From: Candidatus Eiseniibacteriota bacterium
Lineage (GTDB): Bacteria > Orphanbacterota > Orphanbacteria > Orphanbacterales > Orphanbacteraceae
Direction of reading: 5' to 3'
Length of the DNA: 64,000 bases
Assembly (NCBI GenBank): GCA_016930695.1
Contig: JAFGGD010000026.1
Location: 114,904 to 178,903 of the forward strand
Of this stretch, positions 48,142-58,261 are shown piece by piece; within the stretch, counting starts at the first letter, position 1, and each line of letters starts with the position of its first letter. The notes beneath the pieces are model-generated. The model was not told the DNA's origin. It searched no databases and saw only the letters and a program-made list of their open reading frames with translations. Position numbers and translations under genes: made by a program.

Positions 48142-50217
48142 TTGGGCATGAAAGAGTATCGACGAATCACGCGCGCGGCCGCGTTCATCGCGGCGTTCGC
48201 CGCGCTCGTTCTGTTCGCCGGTTGCGGGACCGACGACGAGGAACTGCTCCCCCGCGACTCCGAAGCGCCACTCTTCATCAACGAGATCCTCGCGGACAAC
48301 GGCGCCGTCGCCGTCGATCCCGACTTCGGCGAGCACTCCGACTGGATCGAGCTGTACAACGCCGGCGCCGCGGCGCTCGACCTGGAGGGTTTCTCCCTCA
48401 CCGACGATCCGTCGAGCGTTTCGCCCTGGACATTTCCGGAAGGATCGACGATCCCCGCCGGCGGTTTCCTACTCGTCTGGGCGGACGACCGGGACACCAC
48501 CGCCGCCGCCCATCACACCGACTTCAAGCTGAGCGCCTCCGGCGAGTCGGTCGTTCTCCGCGACGCGGACGGTCTCACCGCGGACCGGCTCGATTTCGGC
48601 GAGCAGGAGGAAGACATCTCCTGGGGGCGGGTCGCCGACGGCGGCGCGGACTGGGCCGCCTTCGCTTCTCCCACGCCGGGTGTGTCCAACACCGGTTCGG
48701 GGAACGCCGCTCCGGTGATCGTATCGGTCCGGCTCGACCCGTCCACGCCCGGCCCGAACGACACGGTGCGCGTCGTCGCCGTGGTGACCGACGACGATTC
48801 CGCCGCCGTGACGCTCGTCTGGTCCCCCGGCGGCGGAATGATGGAAGCCGCCATGGAGGCTGAGGCGCCGGACACATTCGCCGCGTCGATCCCCCCCTTC
48901 CCCGAGGGATCCACCATCACCTATTGGGTGTCCGCCGAGGACACCGCCGGCGTGGAGGTCCGTTCTCCCGCCAACGCCCCCTCCGAGTCCTACGCCTACA
49001 CGGTCGGGAGCGCCTTCCCCCTCGTTTTCATCAACGAGTTCCTGGCGAGCAACAGCGTCACCGGCGCCGACCCCGACTCCAACGAATACGGCGACTGGAT
49101 CGAGTTGTATAACGGCGGCGCGACCGACGTGGACCTCGCCGGGTGGTTCCTCTCCGACAACCCGAGCGAGCCGCTCCGCTGGACCTTCCCGGAGGGCTCG
49201 ATCGTCGAAGCGGGCGGCTTCTTCCTTCTCTGGGCGGACGGGTACGACTTCGTCGGCCTCGCGGTCCACGCCGATTTCAAGCTCAGTAAGGACGGCGACG
49301 AGGTGATCCTCCTCAGCGACCGGTCCGGGGCGCGGATCGATTCGACGGCGATTGAGCCGCAGACCGTCGATGTGTCGACGGGGCGCGTCACGGACGGCGG
49401 CGCCGCGTGGACCACCTTCACCCTCCCCACGCCGGACGCATCGAACTCCGGCGTCGGCGGGAACACGCCCCCCGCGTTCCTCTCCGCCTCCCTCGCCCCC
49501 GACCCGCCCGCCGCCGGCGAAGCCCCGACGGTGACGGCGGTGATCGTCGACTCCGACGGCGTGGACACCGCCACGGTGCGAGTCGACGTCGGAGCGGGGT
49601 GGACCGAGATTCCCCTGGTACGCGCCGCCGGCGACACCTTCACCGCCGCGCTTCCGGCACGAACGGGAGGGACGCCCGTCGCCTGGTATCTCTACGCCGC
49701 CGACCCGCTCGGCGCCGCTTCCTACGATCCACCCGCCGGGCCGCTCGCCCCGCGCCTGTACACCGTCCCCGGCTCGGCGCCTTCGGTCCTGATCAACGAG
49801 TTCCTCGCCGGGAACGAGACGGGCGCCGCCGATCCGGACTCGGGCGAGACCGGGGACTGGATCGAGCTGTACAACGCGGAAAATTCACCCATCGACCTTT
49901 CCGGCTGGACCATCACGGATGACCCGGAAGCGGAGCCGGCGGAGCGATGGACCTTTCCGCCGGGCGCCTCCATCGCCGCCAAGGACCGGCTCCTTCTCTG
50001 GGCGGACGGCGAGGATTTCGCCGGGATCGCGCTCCACGCCGATTTCAAGCTGAACCGCGGCGGCGAGTCGATCCTCCTCTTCGACGACGCGGGGGACCGC
50101 GCCGACGGAATCACCTTCGGTCCGCAGACGTTGGACGTCTCCTACGGGAGAACGCCCGACGGCGGTTCCGCCTGGACCTTCTTCGCGACCCCCACGCCGG
50201 GCGCGGCCAACCCCTGA
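48142..50217 (+). CDS. Lipoprotein with three lamin-tail-domain (LTD) repeats separated by Ig-like segments
   Basis: Signal peptide with lipobox LFAGCG. Three repeats of LFINEILADN...DWIELYN...GW.L.D...W.FP; HTDFKLS also recurs. Confidence 0.7.
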   Translation: MGMKEYRRITRAAAFIAAFAALVLFAGCGTDDEELLPRDSEAPLFINEILADNGAVAVDPDFGEHSDWIELYNAGAAALDLEGFSLTDDPSSVSPWTFPEGSTIPAGGFLLVWADDRDTTAAAHHTDFKLSASGESVVLRDADGLTADRLDFGEQEEDISWGRVADGGADWAAFASPTPGVSNTGSGNAAPVIVSVRLDPSTPGPNDTVRVVAVVTDDDSAAVTLVWSPGGGMMEAAMEAEAPDTFAASIPPFPEGSTITYWVSAEDTAGVEVRSPANAPSESYAYTVGSAFPLVFINEFLASNSVTGADPDSNEYGDWIELYNGGATDVDLAGWFLSDNPSEPLRWTFPEGSIVEAGGFFLLWADGYDFVGLAVHADFKLSKDGDEVILLSDRSGARIDSTAIEPQTVDVSTGRVTDGGAAWTTFTLPTPDASNSGVGGNTPPAFLSASLAPDPPAAGEAPTVTAVIVDSDGVDTATVRVDVGAGWTEIPLVRAAGDTFTAALPARTGGTPVAWYLYAADPLGAASYDPPAGPLAPRLYTVPGSAPSVLINEFLAGNETGAADPDSGETGDWIELYNAENSPIDLSGWTITDDPEAEPAERWTFPPGASIAAKDRLLLWADGEDFAGIALHADFKLNRGGESILLFDDAGDRADGITFGPQTLDVSYGRTPDGGSAWTFFATPTPGAANP

Positions 50218-50241
50218 GAGGGGCGGCGGGCGGAGGGAACG

Positions 50242-51150
50242 ATGGGGCGGATCGCGGCGATCGACCTGGGCACCAACTCGATGAAGCTTCTCGTCGCCGA
50301 CGCCGGCGACGGGGAGATCGAGACGGTGATCGATCGTTTCCGCGTCACCCGGCTCGGCGAGGGGATGGGGGAGCGCCCCCTTCTCCGTGACGGCGCGGTG
50401 GAGAGGAATCTGGAATCTCTCCGCCTCTTCGCCGACGAGGCGAGGGAGGCGGGGGCGCGGCGGATCGTCGCCGCCGGCACCGAGGCGCTCCGCGCCGCCC
50501 GGAACGCCCCGGACTTTTTGGCGCGCGCCGAGCGGGAGTGCGGCGTCGCCGTGGAGATCCTCACCGGAGAGGAGGAGGCTCGCCTCTCCTGGATCGCCGC
50601 ACTCTCCGCCTTCGATCCCATCGAGGGCCCGGTCCTTCTCTTCGATACGGGAGGGGGGAGCACCGAGTTCGTTTTCGGCCGAGGGGGCGCGATCGCGTCG
50701 CGCGCGAGCCTCCCCCTCGGATCGCGCGTTCTCGCCGAAGCGTTTCTCCGGTCGGATCCACCCGGGCCGGAGGAACGGACACGGCTGGACCACCGTCTCG
50801 CCTTCGCCCTCGATGAGCTGGAGGGAGAGGCGGCTCGGGTGATCGGCGTGGGCGGCACCGTCACCACACTCGCCGCCGTCTTCCTCGGCGTGGAGCCGTA
50901 CGACCCGGCCCGCGTCGGCGGCGCGTCGCTCCCCCTCGCCGAGGTGGAGCGCCAGATCACCCTCTACGCTTCCCTCCCCGGCGAGCGGCGGCGGGAGATC
51001 CCCGGTCTCCATCCGGACCGCGCGGATGTGATCCTCGCGGGCGCCGCGCTCGTCCGGGCCGTGCTCCGCCGCTTCGGCGCTCCCTCTCTTCTCGTCAGCG
51101 ATCGGGGCCTCCGCCACGGCCTTCTGATCGACCGTTTCCTCCGCGATTGA
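50242..51150 (+). CDS. Ppx/GppA phosphatase family protein (N-terminal actin-like ATPase domain only)
   Basis: AAIDLGTNSMKLLVAD and ASKKH-fold motifs. 302 aa. Confidence 0.8.
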   Translation: MGRIAAIDLGTNSMKLLVADAGDGEIETVIDRFRVTRLGEGMGERPLLRDGAVERNLESLRLFADEAREAGARRIVAAGTEALRAARNAPDFLARAERECGVAVEILTGEEEARLSWIAALSAFDPIEGPVLLFDTGGGSTEFVFGRGGAIASRASLPLGSRVLAEAFLRSDPPGPEERTRLDHRLAFALDELEGEAARVIGVGGTVTTLAAVFLGVEPYDPARVGGASLPLAEVERQITLYASLPGERRREIPGLHPDRADVILAGAALVRAVLRRFGAPSLLVSDRGLRHGLLIDRFLRD

Positions 51151-51275
51151 GAGGCGACACGGGCCGCGCGCGGGAGGCGATTTCGCGGGCCGGGCTTGCG
51201 CCATCGCTCTTTTGGGAGGAAAGTAAGGGGAGAGCACCCACCGGCTCGGGACGATCGGAATCACGGAAAAGGAAA

Positions 51276-53378
51276 ATGCGCTCTTTCTCGAGCTTCGCCG
51301 TCCGTTTCCGGGACACGACCACGCGTTTTCGTCTCGGCGCGGCGCTTGCGGCCGCGGCTCTCCTCGCGCTCTTTGCCGCCGGCGCGGGCGCACAGATCGT
51401 CCTCAACGAGATCATGTACAACACGCCCGACTCGCCCGACGTGGAGTGGGTGGAACTGGTGAACGTCTCCGCCGCCGCCGTCGATCTCGATGGCTGGTAC
51501 CTTCTCGACGAAGACGACGGCCACGTTCCCTGCGCGCTCGCCGGCGTTCTCGATCCGGGGGCTTTTCTGGTCGTCGCCGGCGACGACACCCTCTTCGCCG
51601 CCGCCTACCCGGACGTGGAGAACGTGAACCCGAACGTCTTCGGCATGGGACCGGACGGATGGAACCTGGGGAACGGCGGCGACGCGATCCGTCTCTACGA
51701 CGACGACGACGAACTCGCCGACCGCGTGGACTTCGACGACGCCTCCCCCTGGCCGACCGCGCCGGACGGCGACGGTCCCTCGCTGGAGCTGCTGAACCCC
51801 GCCCTCGACAACGCCTCCGCCGTGAGCTGGGCGGCGAGCATCGCCGCCGGCGGGAGCCCGGGAGCGCCGAACACGGTTTACGTGAACGACCAACCGCCGG
51901 CGGTGGGCGCCCTCTCCCGCGACATCCTTCTCCCCGGACCCGCCGACACGGTGACGGTGACCGCCCGCGCTTTCGATGACGACTCCCTCGCGGCCGTGCT
52001 TCTTTACATGGACGACGGGAGCGGCTTCACGCCGGCGCCGATGGCCGACGACGGCCTGCACGGCGACGGCGCCCCGGGCGATTCCCTCTTCGGCGTCCGT
52101 CTCGCCCCGCGTCCCTTCGGCGCGTTGGTCCGCTACTATGTCCTCGCCGAGGACGGCATCAGCCAAACCGCGACCGATCCACCGGACGCCCCGGCCGCCT
52201 ACCATGCCTACACCGTGGGATACGAGCCTCCCATGCTCACGATTTCCGAGGCGCTCGCCGTGAACGATTCCGGCGCCGCCGACGAGATGGGCGAGCGCGA
52301 GGACTGGATCGAGATCCGCAACGGCGGACCGTCGCCGGCCGCGCTCGGCGGAATGTTCCTCACGGACGACTTCGACTCGCCGATGAAATGGGCGCTCCCG
52401 GACACGACGATCCCGGCGGGCGACCATCTGCTCGTCTGGGCCGACGGAGAGCCGGAAGAGGGGCCTCTTCACGCGGACTTCAAGCTCTCCGCCGGCGGTG
52501 AGGAGGTGGGGCTTTTCGAGACGACCGATCACGGGAACGGGCGAATCCACGGATTCACCTTCGGCCCGCAGAGCGCGGATATCTCCTTCGGTTATCTGCC
52601 GGGGGACAACGCGCCCGAGTACCTCGATCCTCCCACGCCGGGCGCGTCCAACGCATCCTCGTCCCCCTACGGCGAAGTCTGCGTCAACGAACTCTTCGCC
52701 GCCTCCACCGCGTCGGGCGGCGAGGACTGGTTGGAGTTGTGGAACCGCGGAGGCGCCGCGGTCGGTCTGGGCGGTTGGTTCCTCTCCGACGATACGAACG
52801 AGCCGGAACGATACCGCATCGCCGACGGGACCTCACTCCCCGCGGGCGCTTTTCTCGTTTTCACCGAAAGCGAACTCGGCTTCGCCTTTTCCGCATCCGG
52901 CGACGAGGCGGTCCTTCTCACGGCGCCGGACGGCGCGACCGGGGTGGACTACTACGACTACGGCCCGCAGATCGCCGGCGCGTCGGTGGGACGCTGGCCC
53001 GATGGAACCGGTTTCTGGAGCGTGATGGAATCCCCCACGCCGGGCGCGCCCAACGGAGACCCGGTCGGGGTGGACGAATCGGCGGCGGCGGCTCCCCCCG
53101 CGGCGGCGCGGATCGCCGCCAACCGGCCGAATCCCTTCAACCCGACGACGACCATCCTCTTCGAGACCTTGAAAAGAGGACGCGCGCGGATCCGCGTCTA
53201 CGACCTCGGCGGGCGGCGTGTCCGCTCTCTCGTGGACGCCTCTCTCGAACCCGGATCGCACGAGGCGCGGTGGGACGGCCGAAACGACGCGGGGCGGCCG
53301 GTGGCCGGCGGATTCTACTTCGCCCGCCTCGAGACGGAAGGTTCCTCGTGCGCGGTGAAGATGCTTCTTCTCCGATGA
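51276..53378 (+). CDS. Secreted protein with three LTD repeats and a C-terminal FlgD-Ig / T9SS-type sorting domain
   Basis: Start at MRSF. Signal peptide. IVLNEIMYNTP...EWVELVN...GWYLLDED repeats. C-terminal approximately 80 aa (RPNPFNPTTTILFE...VYDLGGRRVRSL...GFYFARLE) match the C-terminal sorting/FlgD-Ig-like domain pattern. Confidence 0.7.
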   Translation: MRSFSSFAVRFRDTTTRFRLGAALAAAALLALFAAGAGAQIVLNEIMYNTPDSPDVEWVELVNVSAAAVDLDGWYLLDEDDGHVPCALAGVLDPGAFLVVAGDDTLFAAAYPDVENVNPNVFGMGPDGWNLGNGGDAIRLYDDDDELADRVDFDDASPWPTAPDGDGPSLELLNPALDNASAVSWAASIAAGGSPGAPNTVYVNDQPPAVGALSRDILLPGPADTVTVTARAFDDDSLAAVLLYMDDGSGFTPAPMADDGLHGDGAPGDSLFGVRLAPRPFGALVRYYVLAEDGISQTATDPPDAPAAYHAYTVGYEPPMLTISEALAVNDSGAADEMGEREDWIEIRNGGPSPAALGGMFLTDDFDSPMKWALPDTTIPAGDHLLVWADGEPEEGPLHADFKLSAGGEEVGLFETTDHGNGRIHGFTFGPQSADISFGYLPGDNAPEYLDPPTPGASNASSSPYGEVCVNELFAASTASGGEDWLELWNRGGAAVGLGGWFLSDDTNEPERYRIADGTSLPAGAFLVFTESELGFAFSASGDEAVLLTAPDGATGVDYYDYGPQIAGASVGRWPDGTGFWSVMESPTPGAPNGDPVGVDESAAAAPPAAARIAANRPNPFNPTTTILFETLKRGRARIRVYDLGGRRVRSLVDASLEPGSHEARWDGRNDAGRPVAGGFYFARLETEGSSCAVKMLLLR

Positions 53379-53550
53379 GCGGCGCGGGAGGGCGCGCGCG
53401 CTGGTGTTCCCCGATCCCGGCGGCGGTCCGCGCGCGATCCGCGTTGACAACCACCCTCTCCATCCTTTAAGAAGCGGCTGGGCCGGCGCGCTCCCCGTCA
53501 CGAGCGCCCGCGGCGCCGCGGTCCGTCCCGGAAGCGTGAGGAGGAAGAAC

Positions 53551-54198
53551 ATGTCCGTACTTTTTCGCAAGGCGCGCGAGCTGGAGGCGGAGATCGACCG
53601 CTATCTCGACGCGGTCCTTCGGGGCGCCGGTGTGTTCCGCGAGGGGATTCGCCTCTACGTGGACGGGCGGATCGAGGAGTTCGAGGAACTCCGGGAGAAG
53701 CTGGACCGGTTCGAGAGCGAAGCCGACGGGCTCCGCCGGAGCATCGAGGACCAGTTGTACAAGAGGCTGTTGATCCCGGAGCACCGGGGGGACGTGCTCG
53801 GCCTGCTCGAGAGCAGCGACCGCGTGCTGAATCAACTCGCCGAGACGATGGCCGGCCTCGCCGTGGAGCGCCCCGAGATCCCCGCCGCGGTGCGGGATCT
53901 CTTCGTGGATCTCGGCGTTTCCGCCGTCGGCGCCGTCGAGTCGATGGCGCTTGCGATTCGCGGCTACCTGAAGGATCCGGGGGCGATGCGAGGCGCCGTC
54001 TGCGACGTATCGGTTCGCGAGAAGGAGACGGACCGGACCGGCGAACGGATTCGACGCTCTCTCTTCGCCGACACCGGGCTCGACCTCTGCCGCAAGCTGC
54101 ACGCCCGCGCCTTCGTGCATCACGTGGAGCGGATCGCCGACGCGGCGGAGGACGTCTGCGACCGGCTCGCCGTGGCCGCCATCAAGCGGGACGTTTGA
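53551..54198 (+). CDS. DUF47 / PhoU-like protein associated with PiT transporters
   Basis: 216-aa helical protein. GAGGAGGAAG SD. Immediately precedes the PiT gene with an overlapping stop and start. Confidence 0.7.
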   Translation: MSVLFRKARELEAEIDRYLDAVLRGAGVFREGIRLYVDGRIEEFEELREKLDRFESEADGLRRSIEDQLYKRLLIPEHRGDVLGLLESSDRVLNQLAETMAGLAVERPEIPAAVRDLFVDLGVSAVGAVESMALAIRGYLKDPGAMRGAVCDVSVREKETDRTGERIRRSLFADTGLDLCRKLHARAFVHHVERIADAAEDVCDRLAVAAIKRDV

Positions 54199-55223
54199 TG
54201 TCCGTTCCGACGATCGTTCTCTTTCTACTCAGCGGCCTCTTTCTCGGCTGGAGCCTCGGCGCCAACGACGCCGCGAACGTGTTCGGCACCGCCGTCGGGA
54301 GCCGGATGATCGGCTTTCGGACGGCGGCGGCGGTGACGGCGGCGTTCGTGATGCTGGGCGCGGTGCTGGAGGGGGACGGCGCGACCCGTACGCTGGAGAG
54401 CCTCGGCGCCGTGCGGTCCCTCTCCGGTTCCTTCGTGGTCGCCCTCGCGGCGGCGGTGACGGTGACGCTGATGACCCGCGCGGGCCTCCCCGTCTCGACC
54501 TCCCAGGCGATCGTCGGCGGCATCCTCGGCTGGAACCTTTACCACGGCTCGCCGATCGACGAAGACGCGCTCCTCCGCATCGTCACCGGATGGGCGGCCG
54601 GCCCGATTCTGGCGGGGCTTCTCGCCGCCGGTCTCTTCCTCGCGGTGCGCGCCTGGGCGCGGCGATCGAGAATCCACATCCTGGAATGGGACGCCGCCAC
54701 GCGGATCGCCCTCCTGGTGGTGGGCGCTTTCGGAGCGTACAGTTTAGGAGCAAATAACATCGCGAACGTCGTCGGCGTCTTCGTCCCCGTCTCTCCCTTT
54801 CACGATTTTCAAATCGGCCCCCTCGCCGTCGACGCCGCCCGCCCCCTTTTTCTGGTCGGCGCGGCCGCGATCGGCGTGGGCATCTTCACCGACTCGCGCC
54901 GGGTGATGCGCACGGTCGGCCACGATCTTTTCCGGCTCACGCCGATCGCCGCGCTGGTGGCGGTCGCCGCCGAATCGGTGGTGCTCTACCTCTTCGCGTC
55001 CGGGGCGCTCCGGGCCCGGCTCATCGGGGCGGGTCTCCCCGCCTTCCCGCTGGTTCCGATCTCCAGCTCGCAGGTGGTGATCGGCGCCGTGCTCGGAATC
55101 GGCCTCGCCAAGGGGAGGAGGGGGGTGCGGTTCGGGCTGCTGGGGAAGATCGCCGCGGGGTGGGCGGTGACGCCGCTTTTGGCCGCCCTTCTCTGCTTCG
55201 CGGCGCTCGCGGCGCTTCGCTGA
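54195..55223 (+). CDS. pit: Inorganic phosphate transporter, PiT (PHO4) family
   Basis: GANDAANVFGTAVGS near the N-terminus and a repeat of the motif in the C-terminal half (GANNIANVVGVF). 342 aa. Confidence 0.85.
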   Translation: MMSVPTIVLFLLSGLFLGWSLGANDAANVFGTAVGSRMIGFRTAAAVTAAFVMLGAVLEGDGATRTLESLGAVRSLSGSFVVALAAAVTVTLMTRAGLPVSTSQAIVGGILGWNLYHGSPIDEDALLRIVTGWAAGPILAGLLAAGLFLAVRAWARRSRIHILEWDAATRIALLVVGAFGAYSLGANNIANVVGVFVPVSPFHDFQIGPLAVDAARPLFLVGAAAIGVGIFTDSRRVMRTVGHDLFRLTPIAALVAVAAESVVLYLFASGALRARLIGAGLPAFPLVPISSSQVVIGAVLGIGLAKGRRGVRFGLLGKIAAGWAVTPLLAALLCFAALAALR

Positions 55224-55245
55224 GGGGCGCGCGGCTCCGCCCCTT

Positions 55246-58224
55246 TTACTCCGGATCGGGCATGAACTCCTCGACCAGCGCGTCGAGGCGGACGGCGACC
55301 CGCTCCTGATGGCGGTGGAAGTCGTCGACCAGCTTTTGCCGGGCCGTCACTCCCTTCGAATCGCGATAGCCGAGGATCCGGGCGGGAAGATCGAACTGCA
55401 TCGGATCGAGGCGGTTCATGGGGGCGATCGTGAGGCGGTAGACGTCCCGGAGGCGGTTCAGGAAATTGTAGGATTCTTTGAGTTCCAAAAATTCCTGGTG
55501 TCGCGAGGCGTTGTGCTCCGCCAGCACGTCCCAGAAGCGGCCGCCCAGCGGCTCGGGGATTTCGAAGATCACCTTCCAGAGGAGCATCCCCACTTCCAGA
55601 TCCCGGAGACCGCCGCGACCTTCCTTGATGTTGAAGCTGAGATAATCCCCTTTCCCCTTGACGTAGAGATGGCGGGAGTAGATTTCGCGGATCACCATCC
55701 GGGTGTAGGTGTCCTTTTGCGAATGGATGCAGCCGTGGATGATCCGGTCCTGGAATTCCTTTTCCAGGCGGCCGCTCCCCACGATGAGCCGCGCGCCGAC
55801 GAGCTGGGACATCTCCACGTAGAGGTCCTCGTCGGGCGCTTCCCGGAGGAACTCCTCGAGCTGGGAGAAGCGGCAGACGTAGCCGCCGAACCGGTCGGCG
55901 AAGCGGTGCTGAGGCATGATCCCCCGGCGGCTGATCTCGCGGTTGAGGCGGGTCAGGATCTGGTTCGAGTAGTGGTAGATCTCGGCGTCGTCGGAGTTCA
56001 GCAGCACGACGAGATCGTAGTCGTCCTGATGCGCGCGCTCCCGGCCGTGGCCGCCGGCGACGAAGAGGGCGAGGAGGTCGTGGGTGAGGATGCGGGTCCC
56101 CAGCCGCGCGTCCACCTCGGCCTTGCAGACGTCGAAGAGAAGCTGCAGCCAGTGATCGGCGAATTCGGTGAACTCCCGGTCGAGCTGTTCCAGCGGACGC
56201 CCCTGCAGCGTGGCGAGACCGATCCGCAGGTACTGCACGTCGTAATAGGCGCCCAGCTCCTCCTTCTGTTTCTCCGGTGAGTCGAGTCGCATCAGGTCCG
56301 CCAAAATCCCCTGGGTGATCCGCTTCAGTTTTTCCGGCTCGCCGAAATAGAGGAGGTACTCGGGATTTTGCTCGCCGACGCGGGTGATGGCGCGCTTGAA
56401 GAAGCGGCTGGAGTTCAGGAGGATTTCGCAGAAACGAAGCAGGCGGGCCTGCCAAGCCTTCACCTCCGAGTCCCACACGTCGCCGGAAACCTTTTCATGA
56501 AAGACGCGCTGCGATTCTTCGTCCACGAGCGACAGGTAGCCGTGGACCAACTCCGGGAAGTGAATGAACACGGTGGAGAAACGGCGGATCTCGTCCGGCG
56601 TCCCCTGGATCGAATCGAGAAAAGCGCGGTTCAGCCGGTCGAAAATTTCCTGCCCCTCGTGCCGGCTTCCCGGGCCGCCGAGGATCGACAGGAGGCGGAG
56701 AAGCGTGTAGAAGGTTTCGTGGCCCCAGTAGGCGTAGTAGTTGACGATCTGCTGTCGCCGCATCTCGTCGAGGAGGTAGAGATCGCGGATGAACGCCTTG
56801 AGAAGCCCCGTCTCTTCGTCTTCGAGCGCCTCCAAGAGGTCGTCCCAGTATTTGATCCCGTGGAAGTAGCGGACCCGTTTCAGGAAATCCACCGCCAGGT
56901 TCGGCCGATCGGGAGAGTCCACGGGCTCGTCCGCCGAACGAACCCACTCGGCGAAGACGGTGATCTTTTTGATGTGTTCCCGGATCTCCGGCACCAGCGC
57001 ACGGATCCGTTTGCGGCCGTTGGCGACGTGCTCGCCGTAGTGGACCAGCAGCTGCTGCCAGGCGGGGATCACGCCGGCGTCCTCGTAGCCCATGGCGTGG
57101 GCCACCTTCTGCAGGCACTCCTGCTCGTTCGGATCGGCGAGATCGATCTCCTCTTCCTGGGCGGAGAACTGTTGGTAGAGATGCCGGAAGGTCTCGACGA
57201 ACACGTAGTTTCTCTCGAGCGCCTGCACCGGACCGCCGCGCCCCTTGAGGATCTTCTCCATCGCCTGCAGCACGCTCCAGGTGTCGGAGTCCTTGATGCG
57301 ATGCATGGTCCGGAAACTGAAGAGGGTGCCGCTCATCAGCCGGAGGAGGTCTTCCTTCGGGTTGATGTGCTGCGGGGCGTGGGGCCAGAGAAGGAGCGAT
57401 TCGATCTCGCCGAGAAGCCCGCGCACGTAGCCCTCGTGTTCGCGGATCACCTTGCGTTTGCGGTAGTAGTAGCGGTTGTGCACTTCGCGCTTGAAGCGAT
57501 TGAGGAGCGCCTCGCTTCCCACCAGCCGCTCGGCGGAGAGGATCTCGGTGACGCTGACGAAGTCGAGGATCCTCTTGTCCAGGCGCTTTCGGTACTCGTC
57601 GATGGAGACGATGTATCCCTCGCCGCCGACGTGCTCGGAGAGGTAGAAGTCGGGCACGCTCGCCCAGCGCATCATTTCCCGAGCCATCTTCGCGATCGCC
57701 TTGTTCAGATTGACCCGGGATGCGGAGCCGTCGTCGATGATCCCCAGGTCCACGTCGTCCTGGTGGAAGCGCGTCCCCACGGTGCAGACCACGTACTCCG
57801 GGCAGGGCGTGTCGGCGAGGAAGATGCCGAGGAGGCGATTCATGTAGGCGCGGATCAGGGTGTTGAAATCGTCCCGGGCGCGATGAAGGAAGTCGCGGTA
57901 GGCGATGATCCGGTCCTCGGTGGCGGCGGCGGTGCGGCTCAGATGGTCCACCGACCGGATGTTCATGAGAAGGTACTGGATGGCGTAGTAGCAGCCGAGG
58001 TGGCTCAGCTTCTCCGGATCGTTCAGGCTGGCCTGAAGGACCGTGTCCATCTCGGATTCCACGTCGGCGGCGGGACTCCGGAGATGGACGCGGTCGAAGG
58101 TGCCCGATTCTTCGAGACGGTCGATCAGGCTGCGGCCGTGCCTCTCCACGGCGTGGATGTACTTCCGCCGGTGGTTGCCCAGCTCCTGGGCGCGTTCCTC
58201 CATCCGGTGGAAATAACGCAGCAT
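55246..58224 (-). CDS. glnE: Probable bifunctional glutamine synthetase adenylyltransferase/adenylyl-removing enzyme (GlnE-like; two nucleotidyltransferase domains)
   Basis: 992 aa. Two polymerase-beta-type NT motifs about 540 aa apart (G..FHQDDVDLGII and GGHGRERAHQDDYDLVVLL) with helical linker domains. GlnD is less likely because no HD or ACT domain is seen. Confidence 0.55.
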   Translation of the reverse strand: MLRYFHRMEERAQELGNHRRKYIHAVERHGRSLIDRLEESGTFDRVHLRSPAADVESEMDTVLQASLNDPEKLSHLGCYYAIQYLLMNIRSVDHLSRTAAATEDRIIAYRDFLHRARDDFNTLIRAYMNRLLGIFLADTPCPEYVVCTVGTRFHQDDVDLGIIDDGSASRVNLNKAIAKMAREMMRWASVPDFYLSEHVGGEGYIVSIDEYRKRLDKRILDFVSVTEILSAERLVGSEALLNRFKREVHNRYYYRKRKVIREHEGYVRGLLGEIESLLLWPHAPQHINPKEDLLRLMSGTLFSFRTMHRIKDSDTWSVLQAMEKILKGRGGPVQALERNYVFVETFRHLYQQFSAQEEEIDLADPNEQECLQKVAHAMGYEDAGVIPAWQQLLVHYGEHVANGRKRIRALVPEIREHIKKITVFAEWVRSADEPVDSPDRPNLAVDFLKRVRYFHGIKYWDDLLEALEDEETGLLKAFIRDLYLLDEMRRQQIVNYYAYWGHETFYTLLRLLSILGGPGSRHEGQEIFDRLNRAFLDSIQGTPDEIRRFSTVFIHFPELVHGYLSLVDEESQRVFHEKVSGDVWDSEVKAWQARLLRFCEILLNSSRFFKRAITRVGEQNPEYLLYFGEPEKLKRITQGILADLMRLDSPEKQKEELGAYYDVQYLRIGLATLQGRPLEQLDREFTEFADHWLQLLFDVCKAEVDARLGTRILTHDLLALFVAGGHGRERAHQDDYDLVVLLNSDDAEIYHYSNQILTRLNREISRRGIMPQHRFADRFGGYVCRFSQLEEFLREAPDEDLYVEMSQLVGARLIVGSGRLEKEFQDRIIHGCIHSQKDTYTRMVIREIYSRHLYVKGKGDYLSFNIKEGRGGLRDLEVGMLLWKVIFEIPEPLGGRFWDVLAEHNASRHQEFLELKESYNFLNRLRDVYRLTIAPMNRLDPMQFDLPARILGYRDSKGVTARQKLVDDFHRHQERVAVRLDALVEEFMPDPE

Positions 58225-58261
58225 GTTCGGCGTCCGGGGTTCGGTCGGCGGGCCGGCCGGC

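Noticed and set aside
46455-48500. 681-aa minus ORF across the spermidine-synthase-like gene and intergenic region
   Set aside because: Antisense, Arg/Ser/Ala-rich, no domains.
49885-52550. 502-aa and 429-aa minus ORFs antisense to the Ppx and LTD genes
   Set aside because: Antisense artefacts with Arg/Gly/Pro bias.
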